Shown here: positions 16,840 through 29,162 of the stretch, piece after piece
Numbering within the stretch: position 1 is the stretch's first letter
Layout of the letters: every line of letters begins with the position of its first letter
NCBI GenBank assembly: GCA_964016885.1
Contig: OZ024742.1
Coordinates: 193,440,001 to 193,504,000 of the forward strand
Origin: Eledone cirrhosa
Lineage: Eukaryota
Direction: 5' to 3'
DNA length: 64,000 bases
Notes under the pieces: model-generated
Told to the model about the DNA's origin: nothing
The model's database searches: none
Seen by the model: the letters and a program-made list of their open reading frames with translations, nothing else
Position numbers and translations under genes: made by a program

Positions 16840-16848
<9 letters not shown>
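16672..16848. repeat. Inverted repeat (~70-bp arms) ending in (TA)n
   Basis: TATATAAAGAATGAATAATAACAGGTAGACATCATAAAAAGGTAATTTATTCCGTGTGC and its near-perfect reverse complement. Confidence 0.85.
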
Positions 16849-16873
<25 letters not shown>

Positions 16874-17061
16874 TGTCTAACGTTTTTCGAAATATTTACT
16901 TCTGCGTTCACAGATTGATTCTTTTAGTTTAAGTAGATCCCGTTAAGGGTGAAAGCAGCGATTTTTTGCTAAAAATTTAATGTTATTTTAATATATATAT
17001 ATATATATATAGTTATACAATGATATTAAATAAATGGAGACTATATTTATGAAACCATATT

Positions 17062-17122
17062 TATTCTATTATATATATTTCAAGGGTACCAACATTTTGG
17101 TACGCTATCATGAGATAAAATA
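17062..17122 (-). ncRNA. Second copy of the 6841-6904 hammerhead motif (core CUCAUGA)
   Basis: Minus strand: UAUUUUAU-CUCAUGA-UAGCGUACCAA-aaug-UUGGUACCCUU-GAAA-UAUAUAUA-AUAGAAUA. Confidence 0.6.
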
Positions 17123-17541
17123 CGAAGTGTGTTTTTTATTTTATTTTGACATAACCTTAACGGTGCAAGTTTTCCTTGGATAGCCGAGTGCTCTGAATCA
17201 GTTATAAACATTTATATTTGTTGAACTACCAACACATTGAATATCCCTTCTGCTTATATATATAATTATATATTCGTGTGCAGTTATTTTTGCATAACAA
17301 AGTATAAAGAAACGTATTTATTTCAAGAGTCTCGACAGCAGCAAAAACAACAACAAAAAACAGCTTTAAAAATTCTTTATGGAAAATGATATGCCTATTC
17401 ACCCAAGGTGACTTCACTTTTTATTAGGTCTTCTGCATCAATTGGTGAACATACGACGAAACTGTTTCAGAAAGGAGGGATAAACATGCCAATCTATGTT
17501 TCGAATCCCGAGCAACGCCGAGCCAGTCTGCTAGTGATATA

Positions 17542-17828
17542 TAATTGTTTCTACTTTAGGCACAAGGCCAGCAATTACCCAATGTATTACTGGTACTTTA
17601 TTTTATCGACCCTGTAAGGATGAAAGGCAAAGTAAACCACGGCGGGATTTGAACTCAGACTGTAAAGGGACGTAACTATGCTGGAAAGCATGGTGTCCGA
17701 CTCTCTACCGATACTGCCAATCCACTGCCAATATCACCGCTAGTGATATATAATAATTGTTTCTACTTTAGGCACTAGGCCAGCAATTACCCAGTGCATT
17801 ACTGGTACTTTATTCTATCGACCCCGTA
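17542..17828 (-). mobile_element. tRNA-derived SINE (17542-17730) with an upstream 3' half copy (17751-17828)
   Basis: Same SINE family; GCTAGTGATATATAAT is repeated on both sides of the full copy (TSD-like). Confidence 0.85.
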
Positions 17829-18570
17829 TATAATAATGATTAGATTTCTTAAACTTGAACGCAAAGAAATGTACACCAAAGAAGCCTAATCAATGATCAA
17901 AAGCAATCACGATCCCTAAACCTTCACTGGACCTGTAGTTTCTTTTTTCTTCTGGCTCTTTGGTTCAGGAACTTAAATTAATTCTATCTGTTTTCAATCC
18001 ACGTTGGAATTAACTGCTTATTTGTTCCATTAAACCCTGCAGAATTATAATATAGAGAAAACCATGCCTATAGACATTTTTTTCTCAATAAATAAAGTAA
18101 ATACTCATTAACAGTTGTATCGGAAAATAACAGGATTTTGTTTTCTGTCTGAGCTATGAGTAGGGAATAGTGTGTTGCGTCACCGTGTGACGTAATTACA
18201 AGGTAGTATATAATTGCGATCTTTTGTATGTTCTTTTCACGATTCTTTGCTTAAACTTTAATCTGCTAATTAATATATATATATATATTATATAGTGAGT
18301 TATGAACTCAAATAGTCTTTTACAGAAGAGCACAGGAATAGGAAATTTCACTTAATTGTTGCGAAACAAATTTAAAATTTGAAATTTAAATTTGTCAGGT
18401 ATCACGGCTATTGCCAATATAGGTTTGTTTTTATTGATTTAATATTTTAAATCGAGACAGGCAAACTGTATTATTTTAATTAGTATTTTTCAATCTAGCT
18501 AACTTGGTCATTTGCAATACAAACACTTATATACACTTGTATTAGTGTTTATCCCTATCGCGTATTCATT

Positions 18571-18617
<47 letters not shown>

Positions 18618-18619
<2 letters not shown>

Positions 18620-19200
18620 AGGCAAAAAGAAACAATGAAACAAGATGATACATCAACATAAAGTCAGATTTCTTGCTTTAAAAAAGAGAGTGACTTGCAT
18701 AGTCAACGTAGCGGTCATTTGCCCTTCATAAGAAAAGAAAAAACACAAAAGTAAACGCGCTAAGAAAATTTTAAAAAATAGTATTTTTCTAAATAAAATT
18801 AGAAAGAAAATAAAAATGAGAGTGGAAGGAGAGGGAGTGGTTCGTCGTGTTGGTCGGGGTAAGATGTAGGAGAGGTGCAGATGTGTAGTTGGAGGTTTTG
18901 TGTAGGTGGAGTCAATGGTGGAGAGATTAAGATGCATGAGTGCGTGCTAAGTGTGTTGTTGCTGCTGCAATTGTGCGTGTGTGTGTACACATGCTTCCGA
19001 GCGCACAAACACATGAAGTGCACAAAAGTACATAGATGTATATGTGTACACAGACACAGACACAGACGCAAACACACGCACACGCGCACACACACACACA
19101 CATACATATATATATATACATGTGTGTGTATGTGTGTGTGTGTGTGTGTTTGCGTCCCAGGTACAATCGGGGTAAGTGCAGTGAGTAAGGTACTCAATAC
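18618..19200 (-). mobile_element. Probable decayed PLE 3' UTR/pLTR fragment
   Basis: (TA)n-flanked; minus strand has a degenerate HHR-like string CTTATGAAGGGCAAATGACCGCTACGTTGAC; composition resembles 3270-3900. Confidence 0.4.
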
Positions 19201-19204
19201 ATTA

Positions 19205-19243
<39 letters not shown>

Positions 19244-19244
19244 T

Positions 19245-20126
19245 ATTGAAGTTTCCGTTGAAATTTGAAAAAGTCATAAGAATGAAAATTGCTCTATGTA
19301 AATACCAGAGCAAAATTTAATGTATAAAAAACAATACAATATAATTACCTCATTACCAGAGGTTTCCCGAATAAGACGAATACAAAAGAAACGTCTTCAT
19401 TCGTTCGTCGGAGGAGGCAATATAAAACATACTGAAATATTTGGAAAGTCTCCTCAAGAAATGCAAAAAAAATATGTATATATAAATAAAGGTAATGCAA
19501 TAGATATATAAAATATATAAACATATGTTAAGGAAATATAGTTAGGTGTGTGTATATGTATGTATATACACCACTCACAGATGTACATATGTATGTATGT
19601 ACAAATGCGTGTGTATATTGAAAATGTGTGCGTAAATATATGTATGAGGGTAAGTATATCTGTGTATATGTAACCACAAACACAGATATAATATGAGTGT
19701 CTGGTTGACACGTATACAGAAAAGAGGGTATTAGATAGATTATAAGAATATGAAGGCACACGCGCGTACACTTATATGCGGAAGAAAAAGAGGTAATGGA
19801 GAGTAATAGTTAAAAGAAAGTGTCATTCTCGATATATTTATAAAAATGGAACAATAATTTAGAAAGAAAAAAAATTTAAATGAAAGAGAAAGTAGTCCAA
19901 TAACACTAGAGAAGAGCAAAGGAAAGAAAAGAAAACAAACAAGGTACACGCGTACATAAACATATATCTATAAGAAACATATATCTATAAAAAAATATAT
20001 ATATATACACGCAATACGTGCAGACAAAAGCGTATGCAAGCATACATACAGACACAGGATGCACATATATATATACATACATATCGCCCCATGTATATCT
20101 AATCACACGTACGTACGCGACTGTAT

Positions 20127-20219
<93 letters not shown>

Positions 20220-21315
20220 CGCACACATACACATCCATAGATGCAGTACGTACACACATACATACACACATACATACATTCACGCACATTGACCCGCTTA
20301 CACGCACACACATAAAAATAAGAATGTAAAAAACATAGATGTAAAAACACAGATATAAAAACGCACATACATACACATATATATATACACGCACGCGCAC
20401 GCATATACGGAGGCATTCGTGTACATATACAGAAAGTATACACACATAAAGACGCTCAGACACATAGATACAGGGTTAAAAACAGCCTTATGAATAAGTG
20501 AGTACAAATATAAAAATATAAAATTGGCTGCGAAATAACAGAAAATATCTGGTGTGGAAAACGCAAGTGACCAGTCTAATCAGGTAGAAAAAGAAAATAG
20601 GGAAGTAAAAAGTGGAAAGTGAAGATATTAGGTAAGTGAATCGCAGAATAAAGGGGGGGGGGGTACTAGTGGATGTGAAGTAAAAATAAAAATAAAAATA
20701 AAAATAAAAATAAAATTAATAATAAGGTTAAAAATGAAAGTAAATCAGAATGAGTAGTCTTTAAAGAGAATAATTTAAGTGAAGAATAAGAGCTTATGGA
20801 GGATAAGTATTTGAAAGTGTGTTAAGTTTATATGAGCTGGAAAGCAAGTGTGATTTCATGTGTGGGCAACTGGCAAAAATTTCGGTTTTGTGTTTAGGCA
20901 GGTCTTTGGTGATTTAAAGTTTTGCAAAGTCCAATATTTTTCATTTATGCAGAGCGTTCATTTTCTTGTTCCTCTTGCATATTCTTTAGATTGGTTCAGA
21001 ATTGACCAATCCAATTTAGATTGGATACCTTGGTCTTTCATATCCCATATTCTGCTAGCCAGAGCTGTTGTGAATCTTTTTTCTGGATGTCGAAAGGATG
21101 CGACATGTGAGTAATAACGCGTTTTGAATATGTCTTGCGTCATACCCACATATCGTTCACTGGTGGCTGGTTGGTTGTTGCTGATGGTTGTCACTTTAGC
21201 CGCATATACAATGGCTTTGGTGTTGCATTTACCTTGTAATGGGCATTCACTTTTGATTCTACAGGAGCAATTTTGATGTTCTCTAGGTCATTTTTTGTTG
21301 ATGATATAAGATTTA
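19245..21315 (-). mobile_element. 5'-truncated PLE (Nematis-like): GIY-YIG EN plus long microsatellite-rich 3' UTR
   Basis: CSCRIKSECPLQGKCNTKAIVYAAKV..ERYVGMTQDIFKTRYYSHVASF..TALASRIWDMK..WSIL..LCINEK (~20870-21275); 3' boundary approximate. Confidence 0.8.
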
Positions 21316-21316
21316 A

Positions 21317-21359
<43 letters not shown>

Positions 21360-21392
21360 AATAATGGAGCTGCGGCGTTGCAAACGGGATAC

Positions 21393-21648
21393 ATATGAAA
21401 AAGTGAGTCCTTCGTCAGTGACCCTCCAACCGTCCTGGGCATTTCATCGCTTTAAGGGCCATATGCCTCGGGTTGGTGCGAACAACGGCTAAAAAAAGTC
21501 GTTGGGACACGTAAATAAAGGCGTCCCCCTTTATTTACGTGTCCCAACGACTTTTTTTAGCCGTTGTTCGCACCAACCCGAGGCATATGGCCCTTAAAGC
21601 GATGAAATGCCCAGGACGGTTGGAGGGTCACTGATGAAGGACTCACTT

Positions 21649-21656
<8 letters not shown>
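21393..21656. repeat. Near-perfect palindrome, 129-bp arms, 6-nt loop
   Basis: 21393-21521 is the reverse complement of 21528-21656 with one mismatch. Confidence 0.95.
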
Positions 21657-21711
<55 letters not shown>

Positions 21712-21714
<3 letters not shown>

Positions 21715-23979
21715 CAAAATAACAAAGGAACATTGCCGTTTTATCCAATTCGACATCAACAACTACTACTCCTCCATCACTTTACCACTTCTCCTTAGAG
21801 CTATCAATTTCGCTAAAACACTCACAGTGGTTAAGGATTTCGAAGTTGATGTCATCCTCAATGCCCGAAAGACGGTGATTAATTTCGACGACTCTATTTG
21901 GATTAAAAAATCCAATAGTACCCCGTTCGACATGAGCATGGGCGCCAGTGATTCTGCGGAGGTTACTTTTCGGAGGTTACTTTTCCTTCTTTTCTCTATC
22001 AAGGGCGAATTCTCCAACGTGGGCGGTGGTTTGTACCGTGACGATGGTCTTTTGACCATGACTAAGTGCGGACCCCGTGCTTGCGACAGGTTCAGAAAAG
22101 AACTCACAGCCTTCTTTAAAGGCTTTAACCGCTCTATACAGGTTGAGGCCAATCTCTCGGTCGTTAATTACCTTGACGTTACCCTCAATTTATTGAATGG
22201 GTTGTATTACCCGTATAGAAAGCCGAATGGCCACACCATTAGCTAAGATCTTTCTTTCCCTTATTACGAAGCATTTTCCCCCTACACATAAATATAGTAA
22301 ATTTTTTAATAGAAATACTATTATAATTCCTTAATCTTCGACTCCTAAATTTGCACATAACATCACAGCTTCAAATTTAGCTAAACTACCTAGCCGTAGG
22401 AACACGTGCAACCCTGTACTTAGTACTAACTGTAATTGTAGGAATCGGGTTGATTGCCCCCTATCCGGGAAATGCCTCTCTAGTAACATTGTCTACAAAT
22501 GTAAGGTTGTAACACCCACGTCCCGTAGGGCCTACATAGGGTTAACCGCCAATAGATTAAAGCAGCGTCTTTACACGCATACCCATTCTTTTCGTTACCC
22601 TCTAAGAAGGAATATGACGTCACTTTCAGCTTATATCTGGAGTCTAAAAGACAACCACACCCAATATAAGTTACACTGGGAGATCCTAGCTAATGCTAGA
22701 TCGTATAACGGAAATAAAAGACCGTGTGACCTCTGCGCTGCTGAGGCCCTGGAAATACTCTACGCCACAGACCACATCTTAAACAAAAAATCTGAGGCAA
22801 TTTCGGCTTGTAAACATAAATTGCACAAAACTTTCCTGTATTACAGCACCACGTTATACCCTAATGGATAGTACGATCTATACGTGGATATTTTACATCT
22901 TGATGTGGGAGCTAAGTATATGTTTTGTTTATACCATTACTTATTTAATAGGTAAGTATATATTACCCGTATGTTTCGTGAAGGTACGTATACCTTCTCG
23001 TACCTATATTTGATTGTTTATGTTATGGCGTAACATTTTTAAATATTTTTTTTATTCTGGTAAATATGGTTTGGCTATGTGTATACGGGAGTTTTGCGTC
23101 TGTGTGAGTATGCAGGTTCGTACGTATGTAGGGTGTGTGTATATGTGTACTTCATGTTTTGGTTCACTTACGTCTCCGAACATTCGTGTATTTACATGTA
23201 GGTATGTGTGTGCGCTTGTTATATACGTATTCATTTATTTATATACGTTTATATAATTATTTATTTATTTATTTGTATACACACATACACACACACACAT
23301 ATTTGTATGTGCGTGGTTTTGTATACCTATGGTAAGTGTTTTGCGTATGCTTGTGTATGTACGTATTTGTTTGCGTGTATGTATTTATTTATTTCTATTA
23401 CTTCTGTATTGTATTTATTTACTTTGTTCTTTACTCTGTAGCGGAGATTCATTCGGTCTCCTATTTAGAATTTTAGTCTACGACTTCTGCTATACCATTT
23501 ACGTGGTTTTGTCTTTGCGTGCTATTGTTCTCCACGCTCCACATATGACGTATTATCTTCGTTTTTTTCGTTCATTGCCAGAGAACATCTCTATGAACCA
23601 CCTAAGAGAACATTAGTCTACGACCTCTTTTATACCATAGAAGTGGTTCTGTCTTTGCGCGTAATTGTTTTTCACCGCTCCTATTAATGACGTATCTTAT
23701 TCGTTTTCTCCCGTTCTTTGCCAGCGAACGTTTCCACGAACCAAAGTATCGTCTTCCTGTCTTCCTCTGGTTGCAACGTTTTTTTAAATATCCACTTCTG
23801 CGTTTACAGATTGACTTTGTTAGTTTTAGAAGATCCCGTTAAGGGTGAAAGCAGCGATTCTTTGCTTAAACTTTAATCTGTTATTTTAATAAATATTTGC
23901 TCTACGATTCTTATATATTTGATATATATTTATCCTTATCGAGCCCTCTTTGGATTTTAGTCTTGAAATTTATTATTAT

Positions 23980-23985
<6 letters not shown>
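21712..23985 (+). mobile_element. 5'-truncated, internally deleted PLE (Nematis-like): RT, GIY-YIG EN, 3' UTR/pLTR
   Basis: FIQFDINNYY, FDMSMGASDSAEV, GGGLYRDDGL, VNYLDVTLNL..YPYRKPN; CNCRNRVDCPLSGKC..IVYKC..AYIGLT..KQR..H..SF..TSLSAYIWSLK..CDLC..E..LNKKSE..CKH; (TA)n on both flanks. Confidence 0.88.
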
Positions 23986-24057
<72 letters not shown>

Positions 24058-24059
<2 letters not shown>

Positions 24060-24425
24060 TAGAATTGGTGCTCTGAAATACCGATATATATATAAATGTA
24101 TATACAGTGTATTTTGCAATACACTGTAATTAAAAGTATTTCAAAGACATTACGCTATTGTTTTAGAGTAGTGACAGTCTCACTTCTTTAATTTTCAACA
24201 AACAGGAGGAGTAGTTAGCTTTAATAAGCACCAGAAAGTGCGAAAGAGAGATCTGTTAGCTTTATCTCCACTGTTTACTGAAAATTAAAGTAAGTGAGAC
24301 TGTCACTACTCTAAAACAATAGCGTAAGGTCTTCGAAATGATCTTAATTAAGCATACAGTGTATTGCAAAATACACTATATATACATTCATATATATATC
24401 GCTATTTCAGAGCATCAATTCTAAT
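24058..24425. repeat. Fold-back element (~150-bp arms) with a partial tandem copy at ~24510-24710
   Basis: ATTAGAATTGGTGCTCTGAAATA.. pairs with ..TATTTCAGAGCATCAATTCTAAT; TTACGCTATTGTTTTAGAGTAGTGACAGTCTCACTT pairs with its reverse complement; the block is (TA)n-flanked. Confidence 0.85.
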
Positions 24426-24705
24426 TTTCAATTACTACTTGACCGGCAACCGCTCTGTATAATCAGTTCCTGATTATTATTAGAATTCTATAAGAATCAA
24501 ACATTCATGATTTTCAGCAAACAGGTGGAGTACTTGGATTTGATAAGTACTAATCAGTACAAACCAGAACTATGTCAGCTTTCCCTCCCCTGTTTGCTGA
24601 AAATTAAAGTAAGTGAGACAGCCACTACTCTAAAACAATAGCGTAAAGTCTTCGAAATCCTTTTAATTAAGCATACAGTGTATTGCAAAATACACTATAT
24701 ATGCA

Positions 24706-24759
<54 letters not shown>

Positions 24760-24891
24760 TAAACCTACCAATCAATGGTAGTGTCTCAACCGTATGAAGA
24801 ACTCAATGTAATCCGTATGTAGATGTCGTGAAGCAAAGTTTAAAATATAAAATGTTCAACGTTATAATTCATTGGATACAGAGCCAAAAAT

Positions 24892-25210
24892 AGAAATATT
24901 AAAACAATGAAATTACACAACAAACGGTTAATTCATAGTAAATCTCATTATTTTACGATCGCTTCTGGGAGGTAGTTCCCCGTATGTCCATTCAATTATT
25001 GATCTATGTAAAAAAAACATTATTATTTCTGAAGACGGTGAGTAGTGAAGACGTAGGTATATTTTCTTACTATGATATTTTGTAATATATTTTACATAGA
25101 TCAATAATTGAATGGACATACGGGGAACTACCCCCCAGAAACGATCGTAAAATAACGATTTTTACTATGAATTAACCATTTTTGTTTAACTTCATTGTTT
25201 GAATAGTTCT
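24892..25210. repeat. Fold-back element (~120-bp arms, ~75-nt spacer)
   Basis: GGTAGTTCCCCGTATGTCCATTCAATTATTGATCTATGTAAAA pairs with TTTTACATAGATCAATAATTGAATGGACATACGGGGAACTACC. Confidence 0.85.
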
Positions 25211-25681
25211 CTCTCTCTCTCTTTATATATATATATATCTATATATATAATGTATTAATGTATTACTATAAAATAAAATACCAGTAATGCACTGGGTTTT
25301 TTGGCCTTGTGCCAAATGTAGAAACAATTAATTTATTACTATATTTGGAGAGAGTGAGAGATGGGTGTGGTGATAGCGACGAAGCTAAGAGGAGACTTAT
25401 TTTATTATGTCTGGAAATGGGTGCACAATTTCTGTTGCATTGTAACAATACTTATGAAAATATTTGAGTCGGTGGCCAATGGTGATATTTCACAGCATTA
25501 CAAACTGGAAGATTATTAACAAATAATCGGAAAGGGACGCAGCTGCTACCGTTGTGGGTGTGCATGTCTTATTATTGTATGCTAATGAATAGTTTGGAAT
25601 AGTTGCCTTCTGAAGGGAGTACACTACTGAGTTTAAATTGTATAGGTGAATGAAAAGTATTATATTTAATAACGGTTTAGT

Positions 25682-25893
25682 GCGGTGGATGGGCAGTATC
25701 GGTAGAGGGTCGGGCACCATGCTTTGAAGCATAGATTTACGGTCCTTTACGGTCTGAGTTCAAATCCCGCTGATGTCAACTTTGCCCTTCATCGTTACAG
25801 GGTCGATAAAATAAAGTACCAATCACACCGGGGTCGAATTTAATCGACTTTACCTTCCATAAAATTGCTGGCCTTGTGCCTATATAAGAAACC
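25682..25893 (+). mobile_element. tRNA-derived SINE, longer variant
   Basis: Same head, box B, central domain and tail, with an extra segment GGGTCGAATTTAATCGACTTTACCTTCC. Confidence 0.8.
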
Positions 25894-25900
25894 ATATATA

Positions 25901-26108
25901 ATAACGGTTTCGTATTTAGGCACAAGCCCACCAATTTTGGGAAGGGAGAAAGTCGATTACGTCGATCCCATAGTGTAACTGGCACTTTATTTTATCGACC
26001 CATCCGGATGAAAGTCAAATCTAACCTTGGATGGATTTGAACTTGGAACGTAGAGGGCCGTAACTATATGCTACTAAGTAGGGTGTCCGATGCTCTATCA
26101 AGCACCAC
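25901..26108 (-). mobile_element. tRNA-derived SINE, diverged, tail-to-tail with the previous copy
   Basis: Plus strand shows TTTAGGCACAAG..CTTTATTTTATCGACC..GATGAAAG..GGATTTGAACT. Confidence 0.75.
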
Positions 26109-26776
26109 CTTATTATTAACGTGCCAAAGACATGCATTTAATTTGAATTGTGTCGTTTAGAAGTTAACTTCGCAAGCATATATTTCTGTACTATCCCTAT
26201 GACATCCTATTTGGCCCAATGTATTGTACCATAGGCTCACGTCAATATATTAGTGAAATGGGATGGATTGTACTTGTAATGTGACACACTAGATCCTCTT
26301 AAGAACTGTGTTGAAATAATCGTATCTGAGGAATGCTCAGACAATTACGGATTAATTTTCTGAGCACGCTATACCATTGCTTTAATAATTGAAACATCTA
26401 TCCTCGAAACCATGAGTGGCCCATTCTCGTCTTCAGACTCTCTGTACCAAACACATACACATTAATTAATGAATCTATCAGTCTCTCTCTCCACCCACCA
26501 CCACCCCACACAAACAAGTGTGTTTCCTTCGCCGATTCATATCGCCAAATAATATCAGCATAGACGGTGAGATGAAATATGCAATAATGATTTAGTATAT
26601 AAAAAATGAATTCGTCCAGTATCTGCTCCGTTTGAGTTATAGAGGGAATTTTTTAATAGTCCTGCTGGAAATAGTCGTTGAAATACCCTAAATCTACACC
26701 CTACTCTCTTATGTCGAGGAAAATTAGGTGGTAATCACAGCTGAAATAACTTTGACAGGATTTAAACAATAATAAA

Positions 26777-26935
26777 GGCGGCGAATTGGCAGAATCATTA
26801 GAACGGCGGATAGAATAATTTGCAGCATTCGTTTCGGTTCTCTGCCCTCTGAGTTCAAATCCCACCGAGGTCAAATTTGCCTTTCAGCCATACAAGGCCG
26901 ATAAAAATGTTCCTGTCCAGTACTGGAGTCGATCA
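26777..26935 (+). mobile_element. Diverged tRNA-derived SINE
   Basis: GGCGGCGAATTGGCAGAATC..GAGTTCAAATCCCACCGAGGTCAAATTTGCCTTTCA..CGATAAAA. Confidence 0.7.
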
Positions 26936-27726
26936 ATCCTCTATCTCTTTCTCGCATTCTTTCACTCTCTCAGGAAGAAATCTGCCGTATTCAGACCTGG
27001 AGAGAAGATGAGCTCCTCCAGGTTTAAAACATGCCTTAGGAACGCCGAATGTCAATACGGCACCTCTACAGCTCCCCCAGAAGTGAGTTATGGTACAGGA
27101 TTCACAATTAATAAATAAATAAAATCTCTCTTCTCAAACTATGTTAAACTTTGTTTTCGTCTGGGTATTTTTTAATATATTTTCTACATGTTAGCGCTGA
27201 ATTAGAATGGAATGGACCTCTTTCGGTTTCAACGACGATGAATGTTCCAATTGTCCTATAAAAAGAGCCAGATCAGGAAATTAACATATATATGCCCAAG
27301 CATTTCAATGACACGTTTTCTTTTGACACAATTCTAAGATTCACCGTGTTACATAAAGAACAAGGAAGGTTCTTTGTATTCAAACTACATTGGATTCAAT
27401 GTTCTTCCAAACAGTTTCTGTCTACACAATTTCACTTACAAGGCATATATCTAACCTCGAATCAGAAGAAACATAATCAAATATATTAACCATTCCAACC
27501 ACTTATCAACTGCAACAAAAAGTTATAGGTCAACCAAGTGAAGTAACATAATGAAAACAACACCCTATCGATCAGTTTGAATCCCTTACTGATGGTTTCC
27601 GTACGATCCCATATTCACTTGATCAGCTTACTTCAACAAAAATTCATTGCAAGGCCGGCTGGAGTAGCACTATGAATAAAGAATATAAAAGTATATCCTT
27701 AGTTATGTTTCCCCTCACATTTAATA

Positions 27727-27920
27727 TAATTGTTTCTACTTTTGGCACAAGGCCAGCAATTATCAGTGCATTACTGGTACTTTATTTTATCGTAAGGATG
27801 AAAGGCAAAGTTAACCTCGGCGGGATTTGAACTCAGAATGGCAACGGCCGTAACTCTATGCGTCAAAGCATGGCGTCCGACCCTCTGCCAATCCACCGGC
27901 CCTTGCCAATCCACCGCCCC
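27727..27920 (-). mobile_element. tRNA-derived SINE
   Basis: Reverse complement of the family consensus; short duplications at the head. Confidence 0.85.
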
Positions 27921-28339
27921 ATGATATTTAATCCACCGCCCCTATCATTTAATATAATGCTAACATGAGAACACAACTCATCACCCGGTCCTAGAAACGA
28001 ACTCACAACATTTCAATTACAAGCCCAATGCTCTAATAACTAAGCCATGCGGATAGTACTAATTGAACAAGAATACAACTGTAAAAAACGATTAAAATAG
28101 AAGTTAGTAATTCCCCTAAATTAAAAATCATTATTTTAATCGTTTTGGGCCAACATTTTGGGGGGAAAGAAAAGTCAATTAAATCAACCCCAGCGTGGTG
28201 ATTTAAACTCAGAACGTATCGAGGCGGAATAAACACTGCTAAGAATCTGGCTGATGAGAAAACGATTCTGCCAATCCACTGCGATTAAAAAGAGTAAACA
28301 TGAAAAGTGAAAGTGAGAGGAGAAGAATAAGCAGCGTTG

Positions 28340-29030
28340 CCGATGCTTCTCTAATCCAAGGCTGTACACGGATGATCCTTCCAACAGTCGGCACCACGTA
28401 TAGCGTCAGTTACTCTTACAACCCGCTGTTCTTTGTGCTTAATGATAACATAGTCAATGAGATAATTGTTTCTACTTTTTGGCACAAGGCCAACAATTAC
28501 CTAGTACATTACTGGTACTTTATTAGTCAATGAGATAATGATGCAGAGAATGTGGATGCATTCAGAAAGTCGAGCTACGGCAGGCGGCAGGCAGAATAGT
28601 ATGTATGTGATAACACGTTCACGTTCAGCGCATGTCTTGATGAGTAGCAAGCAATTGTTGTGACAGTTGTCCGTGCCATATCTACCTAAGATCCATTCCC
28701 AGATCATTCTGGCGTTGACGCCAATAAAATTTGCTTTGAGATTGTTGCATTAATGACGTCTAGTTCTTCAGTGAGCATATTTTTCATGTTTTCTGAATGT
28801 ATAATTGTTGGGGCATATACACCAAAGTTAAACTGTTCTTATCTCCAAATGGAAGTTTCAGAAACAAAGGGGGCTGCCGAGTTCCGTTGGTGCTTCATTC
28901 AGCATCTCTATACCCTGGGCCACTTCCTGTGGCAGGTTTTTGACTACAGCTTGCAGTATATCAGCAACCTGCTGCTTCACCATATGATTTTGAGTAGTGA
29001 GATTGGGTTTAAAGAATTGTTTTGGTTCAA
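28340..29030 (-). mobile_element. Decayed RTE (BovB-like) AP-endonuclease fragment
   Basis: Minus-strand pieces VYAPTIIHSENMKNMLTEELD, WEWILGRYGTDNCHNNCLLLIKTCAERERVITYILFCLP and DYVIIKHKEQRVVRVTDAIRGADCWKDH follow the RTE endonuclease pattern. Confidence 0.75.
28467..28523 (-). mobile_element. 5'-truncated SINE with 16-bp target-site duplication, inserted in the RTE fragment
   Basis: SINE tail flanked by TAGTCAATGAGATAAT at 28451-28466 and 28524-28539. Confidence 0.85.
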
Positions 29031-29104
29031 TAACAATTAAAGAATATAAGTGACAATGACCATAAATAGAGGAGTGGATGTTTGTTGCACACACACACAC
29101 GCAC

Positions 29105-29162
<58 letters not shown>

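Larger units (their letters stand above)
16035..17534 (+). mobile_element. Probable non-autonomous Helitron interrupted by nested (TA)n/PLE fragments
   Basis: Starts A|TCTATATATATAAAA..TGTCTGTCT..AACCGATT and ends with imperfect hairpin CCCGAGCAACGCCGAG followed by CTAG|T (17531-17534), the usual Helitron termini. Confidence 0.5.
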
